NCBI GenBank assembly: GCA_017618355.1
Contig: JAFZUL010000146.1
Coordinates: 4,704 to 68,703, forward strand
DNA length: 64,000 nucleotides
From: Muribaculaceae bacterium
GTDB lineage: Bacteria; Bacteroidota; Bacteroidia; Bacteroidales; Muribaculaceae
Direction: 5' to 3'
Position 1 is the first letter of the stretch, and every line of letters begins with the position of its first letter. This document shows positions 30,835 through 41,284 of this stretch, in pieces. The translations under genes and the position numbers were made by a program. A model generated the notes under the pieces. That model worked only from the letters and a program-made list of their open reading frames with translations, was not told the DNA's origin and did no database searches.

Positions 30835-31713
30835 ATGAAACAGTTTTTCATTATCCAGAACAATCAGAATGTGGGCCCTATGCCAGCCGACCAGTTGGCG
30901 CAACACGGGTTAGGACCAAACTCACTGGTGTGGTGCGAAGGCATGGCTAATTGGCAACCAGCGAGCCAAGTGCCTGAGCTTGCGCAATATCTAGCTCCCG
31001 CACCGCCTGCCGCCCCAGTACCTCCAGCAGCACCCGTTCCTCCTGCCGCACCAGCGCAACCCCAGTACTCTCAGCCCTATCAACAGCCTGCTCAACAACC
31101 CTATCAGCAGCCTGCTCAACAACCCTATCAGCAACCTGCTCAACAACCCTATCAGCAACCTTACCAACAGCCTTATCAGCAGCCAGGTCAACCTGCTCAG
31201 AACCCATTTGGCAATATGGACACACAAGGCATTTTCAAGCTGATTCTTTTCCTTGTTTTGGGATATACCGCTATTGCAGCCTTGATTAATTTCATTGATT
31301 CTTTCGACCTCTTTGACATTCGCAAGGGTACAATGGCTGGACTATTCATGCTGTTCAGCTCACTAGCCACAATAGGAATTTGTGTCATAATAATCCTGCG
31401 CATTATCAAGAATGAGAAATACGGCTTCCTTGCTTTGGGGTTCTTTGTCCTTTCCTTCATTTTTGGCCTGCTAAACATGATACTAATCACATCAAGTTCT
31501 AATTTCATCATGCCATTTATAGCAGGAATTATGGGTATTGTCATCACATTGCTTGCTATCATGCCAATGGAGAAAATCAGCGACCCTAACAGCTACAAAC
31601 AACTCATGGCAGAAGCTCAACAAATAGACTATATCTTGCTGGGTGTCTATGCCGTGCTCATGATAGGCTTCCTTGTCTTTTTCAAAGTCATGATTAAGGG
31701 GTTTAGACTCTAG
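30835..31713 (+). CDS. GYF_2 (DUF4339) domain membrane protein with Pro/Gln-rich linker
   Basis: GP....L....LVWCEGMANWQPASQVPEL; QQPYQQPA repeats; about 5 TM helices. Confidence 0.82.
   Translation: MKQFFIIQNNQNVGPMPADQLAQHGLGPNSLVWCEGMANWQPASQVPELAQYLAPAPPAAPVPPAAPVPPAAPAQPQYSQPYQQPAQQPYQQPAQQPYQQPAQQPYQQPYQQPYQQPGQPAQNPFGNMDTQGIFKLILFLVLGYTAIAALINFIDSFDLFDIRKGTMAGLFMLFSSLATIGICVIIILRIIKNEKYGFLALGFFVLSFIFGLLNMILITSSSNFIMPFIAGIMGIVITLLAIMPMEKISDPNSYKQLMAEAQQIDYILLGVYAVLMIGFLVFFKVMIKGFRL
31071..31200 (+). repeat. In-frame 24-bp/12-bp coding tandem repeat (QQPYQQPA)
   Basis: cagcctgctcaacaaccctatcag-like units repeated. Confidence 0.85.
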
Positions 31714-31739
31714 GGAACGCTTATTCACATGATATAATT

Positions 31740-31769
31740 CAGGGGCAACGCTAGTTGGCGTTGCCCCTG
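31740..31769. terminator. Hairpin between convergent genes
   Basis: CAGGGGCAACGC...GCGTTGCCCCTG. Confidence 0.7.
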
Positions 31770-31805
31770 GTTTTCTCATGACAGTAATGGGTTATGGGAA
31801 AAGAA

Positions 31806-32345
31806 TTACATGCCTACAGGCGAGCTGCTCACTTGGGTGATTTTGTAAGCGCCATCGGCACCTTCCACCTTGATGTAGCACTTAAAACCTTTAGAGTCGC
31901 TCACCTCAAAGCATTTCTCACCACAACGCTTGATATTGAAATTCTGTGGTGTAACACCTTCAGAGTCATCGGTGCGGCCAGTAATCATCGACCAATTGTA
32001 ACCCTCATCATCAGCCAGCTGAGAAAGTGCGGCAGGGGTGAATTTGGTCTTAACATAAGGGAAATGAGCCTCGTTATAGATATTTCCGTTGAAGACATAC
32101 TGTCCGTAGAAGTTCTGGAGGAAAGCCATCTCGAGATCCGAAACGTCACCGTTATCCAGACGATAAGCATCCTCGGCGGTGTACATGCCCTGGTCAACCT
32201 TCATGTTCTGGTTGTTGCTTTTGACAGTCTTAGTGGTTTGAGCTTTAACTTTTTTGCCCTTACCCTTCTTTACCTTAGCACTGGCATCAACAGCAGTGCC
32301 CATAATCAATGCTACGATAGCAGCAATAAATAAAAACTTCTTCAT
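31806..32345 (-). CDS. Secreted hypothetical protein
   Basis: Signal peptide, Lys-rich N-terminus, host-like codon usage. Confidence 0.7.
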   Translation of the reverse strand: MKKFLFIAAIVALIMGTAVDASAKVKKGKGKKVKAQTTKTVKSNNQNMKVDQGMYTAEDAYRLDNGDVSDLEMAFLQNFYGQYVFNGNIYNEAHFPYVKTKFTPAALSQLADDEGYNWSMITGRTDDSEGVTPQNFNIKRCGEKCFEVSDSKGFKCYIKVEGADGAYKITQVSSSPVGM

Positions 32346-32450
32346 AGTAAAAAACGTTTTTTGTAATGAAAAAAATGGTTTATAGAATATTGACTAATTA
32401 AATGTTGCAAAGTTTAATTGTGTCCAATAACGTTCCATCGTTCTCCAAAC

Positions 32451-33431
32451 TCACAATACAAACCACAGGCTGGTGTCGTAGCGAGGTAGGGCATAGACCT
32501 GAATTGCCTTGCAGCGCGAGTCGGGCGAGTTGCTGCCGTCACCCACGCTCACACCCCGTGCCTCGAGAGCTGCGGTCATCTCGCCAAGAGCCTTTTCGGG
32601 AGTGTTGTTGTCGTTGCTCAAGTGACACAAGAACACCCATTTCAATCCCTCGTGGTAGTTGGCAGCCACATATTGTGCCGCAACCGAGTTGTCGAGGTGC
32701 CCCAAATTGCCCCTCACGCGCGCCTTGAGATACTCAGGATATCGCCCGCTGTCAAGCATCTTGCGATCGTAGTTGCTCTCAATCATCAGGAAATTGGCTT
32801 GGCTCATATAGTGAGCAGCGCGCTCAGTAATGATACCCATATCGGTTGCGATGACAAACTTGTTGTCACCCACCTCAATGCTGAATCCCATGTTGTCGAT
32901 AGCGTCGTGCGACGTTTCAAAGGCAGTAAATTTCATGCCCGCAAGAAAGAACGGAATCTCCTTGAAGATGCTCACCTGATAGTCTTTGATGCGCCGCGAG
33001 ATATTGTGATGCCGCAGCAGACCTCCCATCAGGCGTGGAGTGCAATAAATGCGCAAGTGCCTGTGCTCTCGCACTAGTTTGTAGGCATAGCGTATGTGGT
33101 CGGCATGGTCATGCGTGAGCAAAATACCTTTCACCTTTCTAATGTCTATGCCATTGGCGGCGAGGTCTCGACACACATGCTGCGGGTCAATACCTGCGTC
33201 AATAAGCACACCTCCGTTCTCAGTACCCAGAAACGCACAGTTTCCACTGCTTCCGCTTCCGAAACTCACAAACTGCAAACCGCTCCACTGATCGCCATTG
33301 TCATGTGACACAATGGGTTGCTCAGCTTGTGAGTCATCATTGTCAAAATCATTGTCGTCGATGGCAATTTTATCTATCCATCGGCTGTCGCCAAGCCTCC
33401 GCTGGCGATACTTATCATTATATTTACTCAT
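32451..33431 (-). CDS. MBL-fold metallo-hydrolase (YycJ/WalJ-like)
   Basis: GSGSSGNC, THDHADH, SHDA, ESNYD, GHL and HLS motifs. Confidence 0.88.
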   Translation of the reverse strand: MSKYNDKYRQRRLGDSRWIDKIAIDDNDFDNDDSQAEQPIVSHDNGDQWSGLQFVSFGSGSSGNCAFLGTENGGVLIDAGIDPQHVCRDLAANGIDIRKVKGILLTHDHADHIRYAYKLVREHRHLRIYCTPRLMGGLLRHHNISRRIKDYQVSIFKEIPFFLAGMKFTAFETSHDAIDNMGFSIEVGDNKFVIATDMGIITERAAHYMSQANFLMIESNYDRKMLDSGRYPEYLKARVRGNLGHLDNSVAAQYVAANYHEGLKWVFLCHLSNDNNTPEKALGEMTAALEARGVSVGDGSNSPDSRCKAIQVYALPRYDTSLWFVL

Positions 33432-33507
33432 TTTTCGGTTTAAAGGACATGAAATAGAGCATCAACCAGGCACTCAATTCATAATCCTTATTTAGTGCAA
33501 ATCACTC

Positions 33508-34215
33508 CTACTTGTAAAGCAGAAATATGGTTGGCACCTTATTGAGATCGGGCAGTTGTTTGAGCCACTGCTTCACACCTCGTGTGATGATGCGCTCGCC
33601 AGATCCAGTGATGTCGGTGGCGATGCAAAGCTTGATGTGTGGCGGCATAGTCTTGCAAATCTCACAGACTAAAGCATTGTTGCGATAAGGCGTCTCGATG
33701 AAAATCTGCGTCTGATCCTCGCGCATGATGCGCAGCTCCATCTCCTTAAGCTTTCGAGAGCGTTGAGCCGAGTCGATAGGCAGATATCCCAAGAAGGCGA
33801 AACTCTGACCATTGAAGCCCGAGCCCATAAGCCCCATGAGTATGCTCGATGGCCCCACCAGTGGCTTAACCTTTAGCCCACGGCTTTGGGCTATCGCCAC
33901 CACGTCAGCTCCAGGGTCGGCAACGGCAGGGCATCCAGCTTCGCTGATTACACCCATTGGCTCGCCACCCATAAGTGGCATAAGCATCGCTGGGATATCC
34001 TCCGACTTAGTGTGTCGGTTGAGCTCATAGAAGGTGAGCGTGTCGATGTCGATGCTCCGGTCGCACTTCTTTAGAAACCGCCGAGCCGAGCGCACGTTCT
34101 CTACGATAAAGTGCTTAATCTCTTTAACGATTTGAACGTTGCTCTGCGGTAACACGGTGTCGAGCTCAACATCGCTGAGCTGCACAGGAATCAAATATAG
34201 AGCCGCCTCGATCAT
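33508..34215 (-). CDS. Tetrapyrrole-methylase family SAM-dependent methyltransferase (RsmI-like)
   Basis: SEAGCPAVADPG, GPSSI and FIETPYRN motifs. Confidence 0.85.
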   Translation of the reverse strand: MIEAALYLIPVQLSDVELDTVLPQSNVQIVKEIKHFIVENVRSARRFLKKCDRSIDIDTLTFYELNRHTKSEDIPAMLMPLMGGEPMGVISEAGCPAVADPGADVVAIAQSRGLKVKPLVGPSSILMGLMGSGFNGQSFAFLGYLPIDSAQRSRKLKEMELRIMREDQTQIFIETPYRNNALVCEICKTMPPHIKLCIATDITGSGERIITRGVKQWLKQLPDLNKVPTIFLLYK

Positions 34216-34367
34216 ATCATCAAATATAAATGTGTTGAGAAGGTCGTTACTGCAATTTGCAAAGTTAATGCTTTTAGTTGGAAATTTCAGTAATTACCCA
34301 CTAAAAAATGAAAAAAATCAGGCGACCCTCTATAGGAGCACCTGATCTATAAGTATATTTTTATTTA

Positions 34368-36599
34368 TTAACTTCCCAGAAGGATGTTGTAAATGAATGT
34401 CACATCGGCAGCAGTAATCTGGCCATCGCCGTCAACATCACCATTAACTATGCCCTCGTCATTATTGTTGAGCATGTAGTTGTAAAGCAATGTCACATCG
34501 GTAGCCGTCACCTCACCATCGCCGTTAACGTCGCCAGGGATTATAACTATTGGGCTGAGCTCACCGTTGTGATAGATAGTGAAGTCATCGAGATAGCCCG
34601 CCAAGCTAGTAGAACCTGCGGTGCATGCCACACGGTAGCGCGCAGGCACCTGAACTGTGATGGGGAAGCAAATGGTGCTTTTCTTATTTGGCGCTGCAAC
34701 CACAGTGGTGTTGTTCAAAGCGTTGGGTTGTACGGTCCAAGTCTGTCCCTGGTCGGTTGACATGTAAAGCTGAAGGTTGGTGTTGATGTTGGTCGGGTTA
34801 TAGAAATCGAAGGAGACCATATAAGTATCGTAAGCCACATCGCTTGTCATGGTGGCAGTGCTCGGCTTTTTCATAGCCACCGCAAGGTTGCCATTGCAGA
34901 GTGTATTGTCGGCAGGCGAGGCGGGGAAACACTTGGCGAGAGTCCAAGTGGCTAATGAACCTTCGTCACTTATAGTTGCGTTATTAGACGTTTTAGGAGT
35001 CATAGGCTCAAAGTCCTCGACTGCAGTAACAAAAGTACCATCTAACTTGACCGAGAACTTCACCACATCGCCTTCCTCATGTATATTGTAAAGGTTATAT
35101 TGATTGGGCTTGTTGCCCCAAGCCTTTAGGTTAGGCTGGGTCTCGTTTGTTATCATTGTCACACCACGAGTGCCGGGGAACGGGTCTGTGGGCGACTGCT
35201 GGGCGGACGAACCACCAGCACGCAGCAACTCGTAATAAAGTCGGTTGGCGTTGCCGTTAGGCTTATTGCCAGTCCACACACTAGTGTTAGTTGAGTCCAT
35301 ACGAGCGATAGTCATACCATGACCGGGTGCGTAGGCATCCCACTTGGTAGAAGTCTGACGATTGTCAATAAGGAACACCTCTTTGTTAGTGGGTGTCTTT
35401 AAGATATAGCCTTCACCGGTAGTACTTGTGGGATTAAGGGTGTATTCACCTTCAGCAGTAATAATCTGATAGTTGGCAAAGCCGGTGGAATAGCGGTCAT
35501 ATAGGCTGTAGGCCACTGGTGTGCGGGCATTGTTTTGATAGTTTCCTCCAGCCATAAGATCCCACTCTCCAGGGTGCTGTGCCTCGCCGTTGGTTCCATC
35601 GTCACTATCATCAGTGTCGTAAAGGTCGGGCAATCCTAGCACATGGCTGAACTCGTGGCAGATGGTACCGATGCCATCAAAGATACCATAGCTCTTGGCG
35701 TAAATATACTCGGCAGAGCAAGCATAGTCACGAATATACTTGCCGTCATATTTTGTGTAGGTATAGAAACTCGAACGGTGTGGCCAAATGTGATTAGGGC
35801 TACTGCTGTCACTGCTAGATGGAGTATCAGCATAGATAAAGTATATAAGGTCAACAGCACCGTTATTGTCAAGGTCATACTGGCTGAAATCTACTGTCGG
35901 GTTGGCTTTCTGAACTGCGTTTAAAAAAATGTTATAAGCATATTGATTGCCTTGATCAACATTATAGTTCACCTCAAAAGGACCCACCACATCAAACTGA
36001 GGCACGAAGATGCCGTTACTATTGTCGTTAAAATAGTCACGCACACTACCAGTGCAGGCACCGTATTGGTTGGGAGTACCATCCTCGTTGGTATAGCCAC
36101 TGTAGTTCTCTTGGTTAATCATGTTGCTGTAGAAATCCAGAACATCGCTACGTGTGAAATGCGAGTCTTTAAACTCAACAAGTATCACCAAACCGTGGAA
36201 ATTGTTGTAATTGATACTGTTGAGATGGGGCAACGCGTCGCGTTGCGCACGAGCACGGATACTTTGAGCCACCTGACGCTCTGAGCGCAGGTTCTTGCCA
36301 GTGGATAGCAGCCATGCATTGTCGCTAACTGAGCGCAGGTCGGCGTCACGAGCAACGATTGTAGAGGCTACGACCTCATCATTGACAAGAGTGCCATAGG
36401 TATAAAAACCTTGCTCGTTCTTGATGATTGTATAGCCATCAACGGTAGTCAAATAGTGAAAGAACTCATCACCCTTGATTCTCACGTCAAGTTCCTCGCC
36501 GTTGGGTTGAGTCACTTTCTGTGGAGTAGGAATTGCAGGCACTGCATTTGCTACCAAGCATGTCAGTGCACAAAATAAAGCAAAAAATAATTTCTTCAT
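34368..36599 (-). CDS. M6 (immune inhibitor A) family metalloprotease with C-terminal dockerin
   Basis: AVPA.P...QPNG....GDE propeptide; CHEFSHVLGLPDLYD; WDLM; dockerin at about 34371-34535; start corrected to MKKLFF. Confidence 0.92.
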   Translation of the reverse strand: MKKLFFALFCALTCLVANAVPAIPTPQKVTQPNGEELDVRIKGDEFFHYLTTVDGYTIIKNEQGFYTYGTLVNDEVVASTIVARDADLRSVSDNAWLLSTGKNLRSERQVAQSIRARAQRDALPHLNSINYNNFHGLVILVEFKDSHFTRSDVLDFYSNMINQENYSGYTNEDGTPNQYGACTGSVRDYFNDNSNGIFVPQFDVVGPFEVNYNVDQGNQYAYNIFLNAVQKANPTVDFSQYDLDNNGAVDLIYFIYADTPSSSDSSSPNHIWPHRSSFYTYTKYDGKYIRDYACSAEYIYAKSYGIFDGIGTICHEFSHVLGLPDLYDTDDSDDGTNGEAQHPGEWDLMAGGNYQNNARTPVAYSLYDRYSTGFANYQIITAEGEYTLNPTSTTGEGYILKTPTNKEVFLIDNRQTSTKWDAYAPGHGMTIARMDSTNTSVWTGNKPNGNANRLYYELLRAGGSSAQQSPTDPFPGTRGVTMITNETQPNLKAWGNKPNQYNLYNIHEEGDVVKFSVKLDGTFVTAVEDFEPMTPKTSNNATISDEGSLATWTLAKCFPASPADNTLCNGNLAVAMKKPSTATMTSDVAYDTYMVSFDFYNPTNINTNLQLYMSTDQGQTWTVQPNALNNTTVVAAPNKKSTICFPITVQVPARYRVACTAGSTSLAGYLDDFTIYHNGELSPIVIIPGDVNGDGEVTATDVTLLYNYMLNNNDEGIVNGDVDGDGQITAADVTFIYNILLGS

Positions 36600-36806
36600 T
36601 GTTATGGTATTTTTATGTTTAAATATTTTCAAAGTTTAAAGTAAAGTGCAAATATCGTCATTTTTTTTCAAAGTAGCAACAAGCAAGAGCTCTTTTCATC
36701 GAAATTTGCAATTTTCCACCTTAATTATTATTGTGGATAGGAAAAATATACTTAACTTTGCACGTTTAAAATAGAATTACGAACGAAACAATATAATATC
36801 TGGGAT

Positions 36807-39257
36807 ATGCAAGAGATAATTCAAGAATCATCGCCTAGTAATAGCGAGAAGAAAAAAAGTTTCAATACGTCAATACCCATCAAAGCGTTCTTCAACGCCT
36901 GCCTGCACAACTGGTATTGGTTTGTAATATCAGCGATAATCTGCACCTGTTTGGCCTTGCTCAAGAGCAAGTCGGAACCTAAGCTATACAGTTCCAATGC
37001 CACTATCCTACTAACCACTGCAACAAGTAAGCAGGCTGGTAGTCAGGCGCAGGTGTTTGGAGATCTGGGATTGAATGTGGGAACCACCGACATAGCCAAT
37101 GAGACCCATAAACTTAAATCCACTAAACTCATGGAAACTGTCGTGGAGCATCTTGGCCTCAACATTCAGTATTACGGTAAAGTGTATCTGCGTGAGATAA
37201 ACACCTATAAGCACTCACCAGTGCAAATCACACCGATGCGCGAAGCAACGACTAATTATTCAATATCTATTGCCCCAAAGAGCGAGACGAAATTTGAGTT
37301 TGCCATCAATGGCAGCAAGAACTGGAAAGAGGCAGAATTTGGCAACACCGTAGCAACACCTTATGGCCCAATTGCTGTCACAAAGACAAGATTATTCAAC
37401 AAACAGTATGTGGGCTATACGGTGATTGCCAAGGTTTATACCATCAACAGTGCTGCCAAAAAATACATAGGTTCTTTGAAGGTGAGTATGGCTGATAAGA
37501 TGAGTGACGTGCTTAAACTCTCGCTCACCACAGACAATCACGAGCTTGGCATTGACATTCTTAACGCTCTTATCGTGGCTTATAACCAAGATGGCATAGA
37601 GGATAAGAACCGCGTGGCACGCAACACCGAGGACTTTATTGCAGAGCGCATCGCAGCCATATCCCAAGACCTTAGTGGCGTGGACAGCCGAATCGCACAA
37701 CTAAAGTCGGCAAGCGCCAACGCGTCAATGTATGCCGACGCTTCATCGGGTATGAGGTTCCAAGAGAACGCCTCCGATGCTAGCCTGCAACTTAGCCTAG
37801 CAACAAGCATGCAAGGATATATTAATGGTGCTGATGACAAATCTCTGTTGCCAAGCAATATTGGCATTGCCGATGCTGTTATTGAGAGTCAAATCAAGGC
37901 TTATAACGACAACATGCTCAAATATCAGAAGATTGCAGCCACAGCTACTGGCGAAAACCCCGTGATTGCCCAATTGCAAAGTGAAATGAGCGCTCAGAGG
38001 GAAAACATTCAAAATTCCATCAGCAAATACATTAACAAACTCAGTGCCAAAACCTCACAAGCCCAAGCTCAAGCCTCGACAGCTCAAGCTGGACGACTAG
38101 TAATGCCTGAGCATGAGAAGTCGATCATTGAGGTCACTCGTCAGCAGAATGTGAAGGAACAACTCTTCCTCTACCTGCTCAATAAGCGCGAGGAAAATGC
38201 CTTGCAAATTGCTATCACCGAGCCCAACGCTAAGGTCATTGAGCGCGCTTCGGGCAGCAGCGCGCCCATCTCTCCAAACACCAGTCGTTTCCTTGCCATT
38301 GGTCTTCTCATTGGATTGCTCATTCCTGCCGCAATCCTTTATCTGATTTACTGGATTCTCTCGCTTGACACCAAGATTCACTCTCGCCACGATGTAGAAG
38401 AGAATTGCAAGATTCCTATCGTGGGAGAGATTCCTAGCAAGCCCAACAATCAAAAAAATGAAGAGATTGTCATTACAGAGGACTCTGTGGACAGAGTTTC
38501 GGAGGCGCTGAGAATTGTTAGAGCAAATCTCGACTTTATTGCCGAAAGCAAAGACGGTGTAGGAACGGTTATGCAGTTCACTTCTACCCGACCGGGTGAG
38601 GGAAAGAGCTTTATCGCGCTGAACCTCGCTCTAACCTACGCCTACGTAAACAAGAAGGTTGCTGTGGTTGATCTCGACTTACGCAAGGGACGATTCTCTG
38701 AATATGCTAATGCCGAGACCAACATTGGCGTGAGCTCATTCCTCTCAGGAAAGACTACTAACGTCGATGACATTATTGTCAAGGGAAGCATCCACGAGAA
38801 CCTCGACATCGTGCCACTGGGAGCAATTCCGCCTAACCCCACCAGTCTGCTTATGAACAAGCATCTTGAGGAGCTTATCACCGCTCTGCGTTCGAGATAT
38901 GACTACATCATCCTTGATACAGTGCCATTTGGACTTATCGCCGACGCCACGCTTATCAACCGCTATGTTGATTTCACCGTTTATGTGATACGTGACGGCT
39001 TTATCGACAAGAAGTTCTTGCTCGACCTTGAGAAAGCCAGCGACGAAAAGAAACTCAAGAACCTATCTATCCTCATCAACGACATCAAGATTGACAAGAA
39101 GAACTATGGCTATGGAGGATATGGTTATGGATACGGATACGGCTATGGCTATGGAACCTATGGATATGGCTATGGTTATGGCTATGGCAACACTCCTAAA
39201 AAGAAGAAATTAAGCCTCAAGAATTTAAACTTGAATTTGAAGAAGAAAAAATCTTGA
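36807..39257 (+). CDS. wzc: Polysaccharide biosynthesis tyrosine autokinase (Wzc-like)
   Basis: Two TM helices, coiled periplasmic region, PGEGKS Walker A, DLDLR, IILDT, C-terminal YG cluster. Confidence 0.9.
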   Translation: MQEIIQESSPSNSEKKKSFNTSIPIKAFFNACLHNWYWFVISAIICTCLALLKSKSEPKLYSSNATILLTTATSKQAGSQAQVFGDLGLNVGTTDIANETHKLKSTKLMETVVEHLGLNIQYYGKVYLREINTYKHSPVQITPMREATTNYSISIAPKSETKFEFAINGSKNWKEAEFGNTVATPYGPIAVTKTRLFNKQYVGYTVIAKVYTINSAAKKYIGSLKVSMADKMSDVLKLSLTTDNHELGIDILNALIVAYNQDGIEDKNRVARNTEDFIAERIAAISQDLSGVDSRIAQLKSASANASMYADASSGMRFQENASDASLQLSLATSMQGYINGADDKSLLPSNIGIADAVIESQIKAYNDNMLKYQKIAATATGENPVIAQLQSEMSAQRENIQNSISKYINKLSAKTSQAQAQASTAQAGRLVMPEHEKSIIEVTRQQNVKEQLFLYLLNKREENALQIAITEPNAKVIERASGSSAPISPNTSRFLAIGLLIGLLIPAAILYLIYWILSLDTKIHSRHDVEENCKIPIVGEIPSKPNNQKNEEIVITEDSVDRVSEALRIVRANLDFIAESKDGVGTVMQFTSTRPGEGKSFIALNLALTYAYVNKKVAVVDLDLRKGRFSEYANAETNIGVSSFLSGKTTNVDDIIVKGSIHENLDIVPLGAIPPNPTSLLMNKHLEELITALRSRYDYIILDTVPFGLIADATLINRYVDFTVYVIRDGFIDKKFLLDLEKASDEKKLKNLSILINDIKIDKKNYGYGGYGYGYGYGYGYGTYGYGYGYGYGNTPKKKKLSLKNLNLNLKKKKS

Positions 39258-39278
39258 CAAATCACTTGACATCACATA

Positions 39279-39327
39279 ACAACCGTCGCGTAATCAGCAA
39301 AATAACGGCACTTGCGCGACGGTTGTT
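39279..39327 (+). terminator. Inverted repeat after wzc
   Basis: AACAACCGTCGCG...CGCGACGGTTGTT. Confidence 0.55.
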
Positions 39328-39362
39328 TGGTGAATAAACATCACCTCAGAACACCCTCATAT

Positions 39363-40547
39363 ATGACCATCTTAAAAGGAAATGACCTGTTAAGCAAAAC
39401 GCAATGCGATGCCTTGCGAGGTATTGCCATTATAGGCATCGTCCTGCACAATTTCTGCCACTGGCTAAATCCCAAGGTTGTCATTCTTGAGAATGAGTAT
39501 AATTTCAACCTCTCTTTCAGCCAAAGGATGTGGGACTACCTTTGCGGTAGCATTGACATGTATTTTCCTGTTCAGTTCTTCTCTTTCTTTGGGCATTATG
39601 GAGTACCCATCTTTTTGTTTCTAAGCGGTTTTGGACTGGTAAGGAAATATGAGGGAGCAAAGAGCGAAAAAAGCACAGCCACACAGTTCATAATATATCA
39701 GTGGAAAAAGCTCTTCAGACTCATGCTGCTAGGACTGATAATTGGGCTTTTTGCTCACGCGGTGTATAATGCTTTCTATAAGGAAGATTGGCTAAAATAC
39801 CTAGTCGCCCAACTCTTATTGATCATCAATGTGCTGAAAAAACCCGAGCTGAACATCATGCCTGGCCCCTACTGGTTCTTTGGACTGATGTTGGAGGTGT
39901 ATGTGATTTATCGCCTCATCGTTTATCCCACTGGCAAAATCAAAAAAAAGTGCTGGAAATGGCTCGGATGGTTTATACCGTTGGCGCTAGTTCTTATAGC
40001 ATGGCTCATGCAGGTGCCGCTGACAAATCACGCAGTGTTCCTCCGATACCTGCGCTACAATGCCGTCGTCGCCATGCTGCCGTTTGCCATTGGAGTACTG
40101 ATGGCGAGATATGGATTCCCACGGCTCCCGAAATGGCTGCTGGCAACAATTGCCATTGCTGGGATGCCTGTGCTAATGCTCGCCAACCTTAACTTCTACG
40201 CATGGCTATGGGGGCAATTGATAGTGATTGCCGGCAGCGTGAGCTTCGTCAAACTCTTTGAAGCCAGAGACACAACCATCCAGAACCGCCTCAACTTTTC
40301 GCTCAAGCCACTGGTGTGGACTGGCGCTTTGTCGTCGTGCATCTTTGTTGTGCATCCCCTTGTCCGACTCCCAATCTATATGGAAGTGATATGGGGAGGA
40401 CAAAGGATAGGACTCTGCCCGCAGTTCTACTTTTGGATTACACTCTACTTCCTGCTCACACTGCTCCTCGCGATGGGATACAAATATTACCTCGAGCTCT
40501 ACCCCGCCCCACGCTTGAAGACAAAAAAAACAGCAGCCGCTGCTTGA
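39363..40547 (+). CDS. Acyltransferase family 3 membrane protein
   Basis: LRGIAI...HN, GVPIFLFLSGFGL, YWF; multiple TM helices. Confidence 0.85.
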   Translation: MTILKGNDLLSKTQCDALRGIAIIGIVLHNFCHWLNPKVVILENEYNFNLSFSQRMWDYLCGSIDMYFPVQFFSFFGHYGVPIFLFLSGFGLVRKYEGAKSEKSTATQFIIYQWKKLFRLMLLGLIIGLFAHAVYNAFYKEDWLKYLVAQLLLIINVLKKPELNIMPGPYWFFGLMLEVYVIYRLIVYPTGKIKKKCWKWLGWFIPLALVLIAWLMQVPLTNHAVFLRYLRYNAVVAMLPFAIGVLMARYGFPRLPKWLLATIAIAGMPVLMLANLNFYAWLWGQLIVIAGSVSFVKLFEARDTTIQNRLNFSLKPLVWTGALSSCIFVVHPLVRLPIYMEVIWGGQRIGLCPQFYFWITLYFLLTLLLAMGYKYYLELYPAPRLKTKKTAAAA

Positions 40548-40602
40548 GGGCTGCTTTTCTCTCTAAACACTAATTTCTAAACTTCAAGTTCACTTGTCGT
40601 CC

Positions 40603-41055
40603 TTACAGCCTGAAGGCTATTGGGATGATACAGCGCACATTGACTTTGGAGTTGCTCACCATGCCAGCTGCCCACTTTGGCATTTTGCTGATGACGCGCA
40701 TCGCCTCACGGTCGAGGCTGTCATCGCCCGAACCTTGAATCACCTGAATGTCAAACAGCTTGCCATCAGTTCCCACAACAAAGCTGCACAACACGCGTCC
40801 TTGTATATGGTTGTGGTAAGCGTCGTAAGGATACTCGCGAGTCTCGTTGATGAAGTTTATCATGCTGCGCTCGCCACCGGGGAACTGTGGACGCACGTCA
40901 ACGCTCTCGTAATCATATACCAACGTGTAACCGCTCTTGTTTGGTGACAATGGGTTGCAGGCAGTGACATTACGCATGTGCTGGGCCGAGGCATCAAACA
41001 TCAACGCACTCAGGGCAACAAGCAGCAATGATAATGATAAACGTGAGAGCTTCAT
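40603..41055 (-). CDS. TonB C-terminal domain protein
   Basis: PQFPGG, YP..A....IQGRV..SFVV..DG, LDREAMRVI. Confidence 0.85.
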   Translation of the reverse strand: MKLSRLSLSLLLVALSALMFDASAQHMRNVTACNPLSPNKSGYTLVYDYESVDVRPQFPGGERSMINFINETREYPYDAYHNHIQGRVLCSFVVGTDGKLFDIQVIQGSGDDSLDREAMRVISKMPKWAAGMVSNSKVNVRCIIPIAFRL

Positions 41056-41267
41056 AACAGCATTTTCAGTTAGTTTAAGCGGGTGTCAATTAGTGTGTAG
41101 TAACCCTTTTTTGGGTGTAATTTCACTTTTTCCATGCAAATATAGTAGTGATTTTATAAAAAACAACAACTACGGGCGTTCATTTTGGTAATGATTAATA
41201 AGGTTTTTGGTTTTTTTACAAAAAGATGCTTTTTTCTTCGCTAATGTAAGGAAAATTAAAGAATTAA

Positions 41268-41284
41268 TTGGCACAACTATAGCA
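41268..41284 (+). promoter_or_regulatory. Candidate sigma-54 -24/-12 promoter upstream of porQ
   Basis: TTGGCACAACTATAGCA has exact GG-N10-GC spacing. Confidence 0.45.
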
